A stretch of DNA of 32,504 bases, taken from the NCBI GenBank assembly GCA_038205935.1, contig JBBRBK010000019.1:1-32504 (forward strand). Reading direction: 5' to 3'. This stretch comes from Campylobacterales bacterium. Its GTDB lineage: Bacteria; Campylobacterota; Campylobacteria; Campylobacterales; Sulfurimonadaceae. Shown one piece after another: positions 19,533 through 29,300 of this stretch. The notes under the pieces were generated by a model that made no database searches, had not been told where the DNA came from, and saw only the letters and a list, made by a program, of their open reading frames with translations. The first letter of the stretch is position 1, and each line of letters starts with the position of its first letter. The translations under genes and the position numbers were made by a program.

Positions 19533-20441
19533 ATGATTGCGATTGATCTTGGTTCCAATACACTCAGATGTATTACATATCATTGCCAAACAAAAGAGTG
19601 GGGCGGCGAATATGAAACCGTTGTAAGAACGGCTGATGGCTTACATGTAAGTAAAAGAATCAATGAAAAAGCTTTAAAAAGAGTTGTAAACGCACTTCTT
19701 GAAGCGGATAAAAAGCTGGATTTTTCATCTCATACCCTCATCGCTTTTACGACAGAAGCGATGCGACAAGCAGAGAATTCTGCTGAAATTTTAGAAGAGA
19801 TTTTTGCTCAAACTGGCGTTTTTTTTGAAGTGATCGATGGTGAGAGAGAAGCTGCGCTTACGACAAAAGCTGTTAAAAATAGACTCGATATTTTACAACT
19901 CTCATCTTCCTCTTTTACTCTTGTAGACATCGGCGGCGGTTCAACTGAAATCATCTTTTATGATAATGGCAACCTCACTTCAAAAAGCTTCAATATCGGC
20001 ATCGTTACACTCTCAGAATCATCAAAAAATATGGAAGATATACGAAAAAATTTGGACAAACTTTTGATTCCCGTTAAAGAATATATCAGTTCTTATTATG
20101 CCACTTATCAAAAGCCTGAAGTTTTTGTGCAAACAGCGGGTACACCCACAACCATCGCGGCTTACTTACAAAATATGAACTACCAAACCTATGATGCGTC
20201 TAAAATCAATGGCTATATTTTAGATCAACAAGGATGCCAAAAAACGATGGATGATTTACTGGCTATGGATGAGCAAACAAGAGCTTTTTATGTTGGAGTA
20301 GGGCGTGAAGAACTCATTATCTCAGGCATTATCATCGTGCAAAAGCTTTATGAAGTACTTGGATATGCAAGTTCTGTAGTGATAGATGATGGTCTTAGAG
20401 AGGGAATTGCGCTTTCATATTGTGAAAAAAGTGATAAATAA
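19533..20441 (+). CDS. Ppx/GppA-family phosphatase, short form without HD domain
   Basis: AIDLGSNT, TEAMRQAEN, IDGEREA, DIGGGSTE, GTPTT and GLREG. Confidence 0.9.
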   Translation: MIAIDLGSNTLRCITYHCQTKEWGGEYETVVRTADGLHVSKRINEKALKRVVNALLEADKKLDFSSHTLIAFTTEAMRQAENSAEILEEIFAQTGVFFEVIDGEREAALTTKAVKNRLDILQLSSSSFTLVDIGGGSTEIIFYDNGNLTSKSFNIGIVTLSESSKNMEDIRKNLDKLLIPVKEYISSYYATYQKPEVFVQTAGTPTTIAAYLQNMNYQTYDASKINGYILDQQGCQKTMDDLLAMDEQTRAFYVGVGREELIISGIIIVQKLYEVLGYASSVVIDDGLREGIALSYCEKSDK

Positions 20442-20529
20442 AAGCTTAAAACATAAAAAATTAGATAGATTTAACCTAAGTTATAGTTCTATATTACTAT
20501 AATGAGCCAATTTTTAATAAGGAGACGAT

Positions 20530-22224
20530 ATGCAGATTAGTGGCGCACAGATGGTCATTGAAGCATTGATCGCAGAAAACGTAGATACCATTTTTGGTTA
20601 CCCAGGTGGTGCGATTATGAACGTCTATGATGAGATATATAAACAAACCTCTTTTAAACATATTTTGGCTCGTCATGAACAAGCCGCAGTACACGCAGCT
20701 GAGGGCTACGCAAAAGCAAGTGGTAAAGTCGGTGTCGCAATGATTACAAGCGGACCGGGTTTTACAAATGCAGTTACAGGTCTTGCTGATGCATATATGG
20801 ACTCAGTTCCAATGGTCGTCATCAGCGGACAAGTTCCTATGAGTCTTATCGGTACTGATGCATTTCAAGAGATAGATGCTGTGGGTATAAGCCGTTCTTG
20901 TACAAAACATAATTATCTTGTGACAGATGCTGCAGATCTTGCGCGTATCCTTAAAGAAGCGTTTTATATCGCTCGCACTGGCCGTCCTGGACCCGTACAT
21001 GTAGACATTCCAAAAGATGTGACAGCGCAGATTGCGACATTTGACTATAGTAAACCAGTTGAACTTGAGACATATAAACCGAATATTAATGGTAATTTAC
21101 GCCAGATTAAAAAAGCGATGGAAGCGATAGCTGAGGCGAAGCGTCCACTTTTTTATCTTGGTGGTGGTATCATCAATTCAAACGCTGGTGAAGAGATTAG
21201 AAAACTGGTACAAATGACTGGAATCCCTGCTGTTGAAACACTTATGGCAAGAGGAACACTCCGATTTGATGATCCACTTTTGATCTCTATGCTTGGTATG
21301 CACGGAAGTTACGCGGCAAATATGGCGATGAGTGAAACTGATCTTGTTATCGGTCTTGGTGCGAGATTTGATGACCGTGTTACAGGAAAACTCAGCGAAT
21401 TTGCCAAAAATGCAAAAGTCATACATGTAGACATCGATCCTGCAAGTATTTCTAAACTTGTAAATGCTGATTTTCCAATTGTTGGTGATTTGAAAAATGT
21501 TGCTACAAGTATGATTGAGATTGCTCAAACAGTTATTGATAAAGAGCGTTATACGCCTTGGCTAGATACGATTGCCAACTTTAACAGATTGCATCCACTT
21601 TCTTATAAAGAAGATACAGTAGAACTCAAACCTCAATGGGTAATACAAAGAGTTGGAGAGTTGCTCGGCGATGATGCAAATATCTCGACAGATGTTGGTC
21701 AGCATCAAATGTGGGCGGCACAGTTTTATCCGTTTTCACGTCCTCGCCAATGGATAACATCTGGCGGACTTGGAACGATGGGCTTTGGTTTTCCAGCGGC
21801 TATGGGCGTAAAAGTGGCTGATCCTTCTCGTGTAAGTATCAACTTTACAGGCGATGGTTCGATACTCATGAACGTACAAGAATTGATGACAACAGTGGAA
21901 TATAAACTGCCAGTTATCAATATTATCCTCAATAATAATTACTTGGGAATGGTACGTCAGTGGCAAACACTTTTTTACAATAAACGTCACTCTTCGACAG
22001 ATCTTTCTGTTCAACCTGACTTTGTCAAACTTGCAGAAGCATTTGGCGGAATAGGGTATAGAGTAAACACAAAAGAAGAGTTTGATGCGGCACTTAAAGA
22101 TGCAGTCGAGAAAAATGTGGTTACTTTTATAGATGTAAAAGTTCACAGACTTGAAAACGTTATGCCGATGGTTCCATCAGGCGGATCGTTGTTTAATATG
22201 ATGTTAGAGTATAAGGAGAAGTAA
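20530..22224 (+). CDS. ilvI: Acetolactate synthase large subunit
   Basis: FGYPGG, RHEQ, TSGPG, DAFQE, RFDDRVTG, GDGS...NN TPP motif and GMVRQWQ; TATAAT at 20498-20503 and AAGGAG RBS. Confidence 0.96.
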   Translation: MQISGAQMVIEALIAENVDTIFGYPGGAIMNVYDEIYKQTSFKHILARHEQAAVHAAEGYAKASGKVGVAMITSGPGFTNAVTGLADAYMDSVPMVVISGQVPMSLIGTDAFQEIDAVGISRSCTKHNYLVTDAADLARILKEAFYIARTGRPGPVHVDIPKDVTAQIATFDYSKPVELETYKPNINGNLRQIKKAMEAIAEAKRPLFYLGGGIINSNAGEEIRKLVQMTGIPAVETLMARGTLRFDDPLLISMLGMHGSYAANMAMSETDLVIGLGARFDDRVTGKLSEFAKNAKVIHVDIDPASISKLVNADFPIVGDLKNVATSMIEIAQTVIDKERYTPWLDTIANFNRLHPLSYKEDTVELKPQWVIQRVGELLGDDANISTDVGQHQMWAAQFYPFSRPRQWITSGGLGTMGFGFPAAMGVKVADPSRVSINFTGDGSILMNVQELMTTVEYKLPVINIILNNNYLGMVRQWQTLFYNKRHSSTDLSVQPDFVKLAEAFGGIGYRVNTKEEFDAALKDAVEKNVVTFIDVKVHRLENVMPMVPSGGSLFNMMLEYKEK

Positions 22225-22698
22225 ATGGAAGAAGCAGCAAGACGTGTAATTTCGGTTATCGTAATTAACGAAGCAAGTGTACTTTCTCGTATTACAGACC
22301 TTTTTTCAGGACGTGGATATAACATCACATCTTTGACGGTAGCACCTATTCCTGAGAGTAGATATTCAAGACTCACAATCGTTACATCAGGTTCTGTTCG
22401 TGTCATGGAACAGATCACAAAACAGCTTCATAAACTGATTCCAGTTTTAAAAGTTATTGAACATGCTGATCTCGTTGAAAAAGAGATGGCACTTGTGAAA
22501 TTTCCTATCACTGAAAACTTGAGTGATATTTCTGCACTTTGTAGTGCTTACAATGGAAATATCGTCAATGTCAGTGAAGAAGTGATTATAGCAATGGTAG
22601 CAGATGAGCCAAAAAGAGTAGATTATTTTTTAGCGGCTGTCAAACGTTTTCACCCTAAAGAGATCGTTAGAAGCGGTGCAGTCGCTCTAGAGCGTTAA
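22225..22698 (+). CDS. ilvH: Acetolactate synthase small (regulatory) subunit
   Basis: ACT domain ([38 protein letters not shown]); abuts ilvI. Confidence 0.95.
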   Translation: MEEAARRVISVIVINEASVLSRITDLFSGRGYNITSLTVAPIPESRYSRLTIVTSGSVRVMEQITKQLHKLIPVLKVIEHADLVEKEMALVKFPITENLSDISALCSAYNGNIVNVSEEVIIAMVADEPKRVDYFLAAVKRFHPKEIVRSGAVALER

Positions 22699-22699
22699 A

Positions 22700-23653
22700 G
22701 TGCTACTCTCTTTTATCGCAGATTCTCTTTCCTGCAAGTACGCGGGAGAAGATGTAGAGATCACTTCTATGAATGATCTCTCGCATGCAAGTGCGGGAGA
22801 ACTGAGTTTCGCAGAGCATAAAAAGTATACAACTGACTTACAAAATTCAAAAGCTTCAGCCTTTTTAATCCCAAAAAATCTTATAGAAGCTCTTCCAAAA
22901 AACAGATCTTATATCGTCTGTGAAAATGTGTCTATCACTATGGCTTATGCTACAAAACTTTTTGCTCCAAGAAAGATAGATTTTAAAGCGCCAGATCCAC
23001 TTCGTGGCAAAGGTACTTATATAGATGAGAGAGCCAACATTGAAGATGGTGTTATCATTGGAAAAAATTCTACTATTATGGCTGGGGTTTATCTCGGCTC
23101 ACATGTATCTATCGGAGACAACACGACTATCTATCCAAATGCAGTGATATATCGTGACTGTGTTATAGGAAATGACTGTATTATCCACGGGGGAACTGTT
23201 GTTGGGGCTGATGGATTTGGATTTTCTCATACAGCTACGGGCGAGCATATCAAGATCTATCAAAATGGAAATGTAGTTATCGAAGATGATGTGGAGATTG
23301 GTGCAAACTGTGCGATAGACCGCGCTATGTTTGGATCGACAGTGATAAAAAAAGGTGTGAAACTTGATAACTTCATACACATCGGGCACAACTGCGAAAT
23401 CGGAGAATATTCGCTTTTTGTTGCACAATCTGGAGTAGGTGGTTCTACTAAGCTTGGACGCAACTGTGTTGTAAGCGGGCAAAGTGCTTTTACAGATCAT
23501 CTAGATATCGCACCTTTTTCAACATTTACTGCAAGAAGTGGCATCACAAAATCCATCAAAGAGCCTAAAGGCGTATGGAGCGGATATCCACTTATGCCGC
23601 ATAAAGAGTGGATGAAATTACAAAGTAAAATAGCAAAACTTATAAAAGAGTAA
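22700..23653 (+). CDS. lpxD: UDP-3-O-(3-hydroxyacyl)glucosamine N-acyltransferase, copy 1
   Basis: N-terminal UBD (A-x-x-GELSF), hexapeptide repeats, [20 protein letters not shown] and SGYP; GTG start. Confidence 0.9.
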   Translation: MLLSFIADSLSCKYAGEDVEITSMNDLSHASAGELSFAEHKKYTTDLQNSKASAFLIPKNLIEALPKNRSYIVCENVSITMAYATKLFAPRKIDFKAPDPLRGKGTYIDERANIEDGVIIGKNSTIMAGVYLGSHVSIGDNTTIYPNAVIYRDCVIGNDCIIHGGTVVGADGFGFSHTATGEHIKIYQNGNVVIEDDVEIGANCAIDRAMFGSTVIKKGVKLDNFIHIGHNCEIGEYSLFVAQSGVGGSTKLGRNCVVSGQSAFTDHLDIAPFSTFTARSGITKSIKEPKGVWSGYPLMPHKEWMKLQSKIAKLIKE

Positions 23654-23670
23654 ATTTTTAGGAGAGTGTT

Positions 23671-24621
23671 ATGGATATAAAAGAAATAGCAAAAATCATA
23701 GGAATTGAGTATAACGGTGATTCTTATGAAATTATTGGTATTAACACGCTTAAAGATGCCCTTGCAAATGAACTCTCCTTCGTTACAAATCCAAAATATT
23801 TTAAAGATGTAGAAGATTCCAAAGCGGGTGCAATTATTGTCTCACAAGCCACTTCTTCAAGTGTTCCTTCTGGTTCAATAGCGCTTATCGTCGATGAACC
23901 TTATTTGATGATGGCAATTCTTAGTAAATATTTTTCATCGCCTATAGAAGATGAAAATGCACCAAAAGCTATCATTGGTAAGGGCACAAAACTCTCACAA
24001 AAAGCAGAGATCGCCAACGGAGCAATCGTTGGTAAAAACTGCACAATTATGGCAGGTGTGTATATAGGCAGTGAATGTGTTATAGGTGACAATACGATAC
24101 TCTATCCAAATGTCGTAGTGTATCGTGACTGCAAGATAGGAAGTGATTGTATCATCCATGCAAACACAACCATAGGCAGTGATGGCTTTGGCTTTGCGAC
24201 AAATAAGATGGGTCAGCATACCAAGATATACCAAAATGGTAACGTTGTGATAGAAGATGACGTAGAGATTGGAAGTTCTACAACCATCGATAGAGCTGTC
24301 TTTAAAACAACACTTATCAAAAAAGGTGTACGCATCGACAATCTTGTGCAAGTCGGTCATAACTGCGAGATAGGTGAGTATGCTGTCCTTGTTTCTCAAA
24401 CGGGGATCGCTGGTTCTTCAAAACTCGGACGTAATGTGGTCATGGGTGGACAAAGTGCAACTTCAGGGCATTTGGAAGTTGGCGCATTTAATACTTTTGC
24501 AGCACGCAGTGGAATTACGAAGTCCATCAAAGAAAATGGTGGCACTTATGCTGGATTTCCTTTAATGGATCATAGAATGTGGTTGAAACTTCAAGCAAAA
24601 TTGGCTAGACTTATAAAATAA
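23671..24621 (+). CDS. lpxD: UDP-3-O-(3-hydroxyacyl)glucosamine N-acyltransferase, copy 2
   Basis: ELSFVTNPKY, EPYL, GSDGFGF, IDRA, canonical DNLVQVGHN and AGFP; AGGAG RBS. Confidence 0.93.
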   Translation: MDIKEIAKIIGIEYNGDSYEIIGINTLKDALANELSFVTNPKYFKDVEDSKAGAIIVSQATSSSVPSGSIALIVDEPYLMMAILSKYFSSPIEDENAPKAIIGKGTKLSQKAEIANGAIVGKNCTIMAGVYIGSECVIGDNTILYPNVVVYRDCKIGSDCIIHANTTIGSDGFGFATNKMGQHTKIYQNGNVVIEDDVEIGSSTTIDRAVFKTTLIKKGVRIDNLVQVGHNCEIGEYAVLVSQTGIAGSSKLGRNVVMGGQSATSGHLEVGAFNTFAARSGITKSIKENGGTYAGFPLMDHRMWLKLQAKLARLIK

Positions 24622-24640
24622 ACAAATAAAAGGAAATAAG

Positions 24641-24862
24641 ATGTCAAAAAATCTTCTAGAAGAAACAATGATTCATTTACACGGTACAAACAAAGGTGTT
24701 ATTTCTATAGCAAAAATAGTAGAACCGTATGGAAAAGATAGTGGTACAGTTGCAAGTGTTGGTATTTCACTCAACGGAATGTCAGACGAGCCAGATTGGA
24801 AAGTTCACATTCCCTTAGAAAATTTGGATGAAGTAATAGAAGCTCTTAAAAAGTTAAAATAA
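24641..24862 (+). CDS. Small hypothetical protein (73 aa)
   Basis: AAGGA RBS, operonic spacing after lpxD, a downstream hairpin and protein-like composition. Confidence 0.8.
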   Translation: MSKNLLEETMIHLHGTNKGVISIAKIVEPYGKDSGTVASVGISLNGMSDEPDWKVHIPLENLDEVIEALKKLK

Positions 24863-24867
24863 TCTAA

Positions 24868-24907
24868 CTTTTCCTTACATGTAAAGAGCTACCATGTAAG
24901 GGTAAAG
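24868..24907. terminator. Putative bidirectional terminator between convergent genes
   Basis: CCTTACATG (24873-24881) pairs with CATGTAAGG (24893-24901), flanked by CTTTT and TAAAG. Confidence 0.6.
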
Positions 24908-24908
24908 A

Positions 24909-26078
24909 TTATTTTTGAAGAGTTTTTACAAAACCTTCGATACGTTTGATTCCCTCTTTGATACTTTCCATATCTGTCGCAAAACTAAATCTGATATAAC
25001 CATCGCTTCCAAAGCCTGAGCCTGGAACAACAGCAACACCCGTTTGCTCTAAAAGATCTTTTGAGAACTTCAAAGAGTCGTTCATTACTTCTTTAATGTT
25101 AACAAAAAGATAAAACGCACCATCAGGTTTGATGACTGAAAGTCCATCGATTGCATTGAAAAGTTTTACGGCCACGTCACGACGTTTTTTGAACTCTACG
25201 CGCATCATTTCTACATCAGCATCAGCACTTCCATCAAGCCCAACGATAGCCGCTTTTTGCGTGATAGAGTTGATGTTTGATGTACTCTGGCTTTGAAGCG
25301 TTTTTGTCGCTTGGATGATATCTGTACGGTGCGCAGCCATATAACCAAATCTCCATCCAGTCATTGCCACAGATTTACTCAGACCGTTGATCGTGATCGT
25401 ACGTTTGAACATATCTTCACTCACAGCCGCAGAAGATGTAAACTCACCGTCATAGATCAGTTTTTCATACATCTCATCACTTGCAACTAAGATATCTGTA
25501 CCTTCTAATACTTTTCCAAGCGCCGTGAGTTCATCTTTAGAATAAACAGAACCTGTAGGATTTGAAGGAGATGTCAAAACTATCATCTTTGTTTTTGGAG
25601 TGATGGCATTTTTTAATTGCTCAGGAGTGATTTTAAATCCAGAAGCATCATCTGTATCTATTTCTATAGGAGTTCCGCCGCAGTATTTTACGATCTCAGG
25701 ATATGTAACCCAGTATGGAGCAGGAATGATCACTTCATCACCTTCTTCAACAACTGCTGAAAATAGGTTAAACAAAGAGTGTTTTGCACCATTGTTTACG
25801 ATAACTTGCGCTGGAGTATAAGTAAGTCCATTTTCTCTTTGAAGCTTGTCAATAATCGCTTTTTTAAGAGCAGGAATACCATCAACTGCGGTATATTTTG
25901 TAAAACCATCGTTTATAGCTTTGATAGCTGCGTCTTTGATAACTTGAGGAGTGTCAAAATCTGGCTCGCCTGCAGAAAAACTAAGGATATCTTTTCCTTG
26001 CGCTTTTAGCTCTTGCGCGAGGTTCGATACTGCGATAGTGATAGACTCAGATAGGGCATTGATACGTTTAGTAAGCAT
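24909..26078 (-). CDS. aspB: Aspartate aminotransferase (PLP-dependent class I/II)
   Basis: GEPDFDTP, GAKHSL, PYWVTY, SPSNPTG, DEMY, SKSVAMTGWRFGY, GAFY and IRFSFA. Confidence 0.92.
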   Translation of the reverse strand: MLTKRINALSESITIAVSNLAQELKAQGKDILSFSAGEPDFDTPQVIKDAAIKAINDGFTKYTAVDGIPALKKAIIDKLQRENGLTYTPAQVIVNNGAKHSLFNLFSAVVEEGDEVIIPAPYWVTYPEIVKYCGGTPIEIDTDDASGFKITPEQLKNAITPKTKMIVLTSPSNPTGSVYSKDELTALGKVLEGTDILVASDEMYEKLIYDGEFTSSAAVSEDMFKRTITINGLSKSVAMTGWRFGYMAAHRTDIIQATKTLQSQSTSNINSITQKAAIVGLDGSADADVEMMRVEFKKRRDVAVKLFNAIDGLSVIKPDGAFYLFVNIKEVMNDSLKFSKDLLEQTGVAVVPGSGFGSDGYIRFSFATDMESIKEGIKRIEGFVKTLQK

Positions 26079-26108
26079 GGGTATACCTTAGGTGAAATAA
26101 ATTGCGGA

Positions 26109-26117
26109 ATTATACCA
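26109..26117 (-). promoter_or_regulatory. Extended -10 promoter (TGGTATAAT) for aspB
   Basis: ATTATACCA on the + strand, about 30 nt upstream of the aspB ATG, with an AAGG RBS in between. Confidence 0.65.
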
Positions 26118-26398
26118 AAAATATCTAGTTGTCTAAGACAGTAAATCATAATTAACAAATATATATTTTGTTACAAAAAGTAATTAAATAGATGTTTTTT
26201 ATAAATTGGATGATATATGCTTAAAATAATAATTTATTTTGTTGTATTTAAATGAAAATTAAAGCTTACATGTAAACCAAATAAGTCAGATGAGAGAGGT
26301 GGCGGGAAAAGTTATTGTCTCAAATTGACTATCAAAACAAGTTAAAAGAAGAGAATGAAAATTTGATTGCAAAAAAAAACTTTTATTTGTGAGAGTGA

Positions 26399-29300
26399 TT
26401 ATTTTGCTAATATAAACATTTTTTCTATTGCATCAGCAGGTAGAGGTTTAGAATAAAAATACCCTTGAATATTTTCACATCCATTTGTAACTAAAAAGTC
26501 TTTCTGCTCTTTTGTCTCAACACCCTCTGCAATTACTTTTAAATTTAAACTTTTGCCAAGTGCTATTATTGCTCGTGCAATAGCTGAATCCTCTTCATCA
26601 TCAGGGAGTTCTCTGACAAATGCTTGATCTATTTTAAGTTTATCTATAGGTAGTCTTTTGAGATATGCTAAAGAAGAATACCCAGTTCCAAAGTCATCAA
26701 CTGCTAGTTCTACGCCTATATCACTAATTTGCTGTAATATCTTTATAGCTTCTTCAGGATTTGTCATAATCTGACTTTCTGTCACTTCAAGTTCTAGCCA
26801 CTCAGGTTTGCACTCAGTATCTTTAATTAAATTTTGAAGCGTCTCAATAAAATCTTCTTGTTTGAGTTGTTTTACTGCAAGGTTCATAGCAAGCGTGCCA
26901 GGATTTAATCCAGCTTTATACCAAAGAGCAAATTGAGTCATAGCTGTTTTCATAACAAATCTATCTAATTCAACGATAAGTCCTGTTGATTCTGCAAGAG
27001 GGATAAATTTAGCTGGTGAGACTAATCCCATAGTTGGATGCTGCCATCTCACTAGTGCTTCCATTCCTATGAGTTTATCTGTTACTCCATTGATTTGTGG
27101 TTGATAATAAACTATAAACTCTTCATTTTGTAATGCTACTCTGAGGTTTGCTTCCATGACAACTCTCTCAAATGCAAGTTCTGTCATAGTAGAATTGTAG
27201 TACTGAAAGTTATTTCTTCCTTCATCTTTTGCTTTATACATAGCAGAGTCGGCAAATTTCAGAAGATTCTGTGCAGATACTCCATCATCTGGATAGATAC
27301 TTATGCCTATGCTACATGAGATATAAAGAGTATTCTCAGCAACAATAATGGCTTGAGATAAAGCATTTATTATTTTATTAGCAATAAGAGATGCATCTTG
27401 AACTTGAGATAATTTTTCTAAAATAACGGTAAATTCATCTCCACCTAATCTTGCAATACTATCTTCATCTCTGGTGACTTCGAGTAATCGATTACTAATT
27501 ATTTTTAAAATCTCATCACCAAAGTTATGACCTAAAGAATCATTTATCTCTTTAAAGTGGTCTAAGTCTATAAACAATAATGCAATAGTTTTTTTATTGC
27601 GTTTTGCAGTTTCTATTGCCTTTTCTAATCTATCGTTGAAGAGAATTCTATTTGGAAGCCCTGTTAATGAATCATGGTGCGCTTGATGGTATAAGATATC
27701 TTTTTGTTCTCTTAGCTCATTTTGGGCATAAATTCTTTCAGTTATATCATTGAGAAAACCATGCCATAAAGTACTTCCATCTTCAAGTTTTTCTGGTTTA
27801 GCGTGTCCTTCAACCCATCGAATACCTTTTTTTGGTAGATTTACCCTATATTGCATATTCCAATCTTTCATAGTTTTTGCGGAATCTTCAATGGAAGCAT
27901 GAATCATTGCTAAATCATCTTGATGTATATTGTCAAATACAGGTTGTACGCCAAGAAGCACATCTTGAGGAGATAGCTCATATATGTTTTCAATACCCTT
28001 GCTTATATAAGGAAAGGTAGCACTTCCATCCGGATAAAGTCTATATTGATACAGAGCTCCAGGTATATTTTCAGTTAGCTTCTGAAGCATCTCATAGCTT
28101 TGTTCAAGTTCTTCTTCTAAAACTTTTATCTCTGTTATATCAACATGAGTCCCTACAAGACGCACAACTTCCTTATTATCATTAAAAAACTTTTCAGCTC
28201 TAGAGAGAATTGGAACATAGTGTCCATCTTTGTGACGCATACGAAAATTGATACTAAAGCGATCTTGGGGATCTCGTGATGCTACAAATCGTTCTATTTC
28301 CATCCAAGAAAGCTGTACATCATCTGGATGTAGTAGCGTTTCGAATGTACTGAAATCATTTTGAAGTTCATCATCAGCATATCCCAATATCTCTTTCCAT
28401 CGTACAGAGAAAAAAACTTCATTGCTTTGAATATTCCAATCCCAAAGACCGTCATTACTTCCTTTCATAGCGTAAGAGAGACGTTCTTGAAGAATATTTT
28501 GTGTTTTTTCAAGCTCCATTTTTTGTGTAATATCAAAAATAATTGAATAGAGATACGTTTTACCTTCAAGTTCAATTGGACCAGAATATACCTCTACATC
28601 TTTAATTGTGCCATCATGAAGTTTATGTTTAAAATGAAATACTTCTCTCTTTTGCTCTTTTGCCAATTGCATTTCATTTTGAATCTCTTGCGGAGTCAAT
28701 ATATTGATCTCACTCATCTTCATAGCATGCAATGCATCACGATCATAGCCATAAAAGCGTTCAGCACTTTTGTTAGAATCTACTATCTCTTGTGTTAGCG
28801 GATCTATAATCAACTCTATCGCCATGTTTGAATGAAAAAGTGACTTGTATCGCTCCGTCAGTTTACGAAGTTCCTCATAGCCAATTTGTAGTTCTTTTTT
28901 GGCATTTTTTACTTCTACAAATAATTTAGAATTAGTGACTAACAATTTTGATTTTATAGAATAGAAAATAAACAATATAATGAGTAAAGTAAGGATAGAT
29001 GCACCGATAATGATGAGATAAATTATTTCTACTTTTGATAGTTCAAAAGCATAAGTTTTATGAGGATTATATTCGTATATAAACGCATCTAAATCAACAT
29101 CATGATTTATTAAGCCTAAGACTTTGTAAACATCGACAATCTTTTCTAATTTATTTTTATCCAAACATCCAATTTTATTGTCATTATCGTCATATAAAAA
29201 TTCCTTTAACACATTTGCTTCTTTTAATAAATCGCTTTTCGTTTTATTTTGAGTATTATATTTATTAAAAATCACTTCAACAGTTTCATTTGTATTACGA

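Noticed and set aside
20442..20529. Branched-chain amino acid attenuator before ilvI
   Set aside because: The -10 box is about 26 nt from the ATG, with no Ile/Val/Leu-rich leader peptide or terminator.
22700..24621. lpxD duplication as an assembly artefact
   Set aside because: The two copies differ extensively in nucleotide and protein sequence, and both frames are intact.
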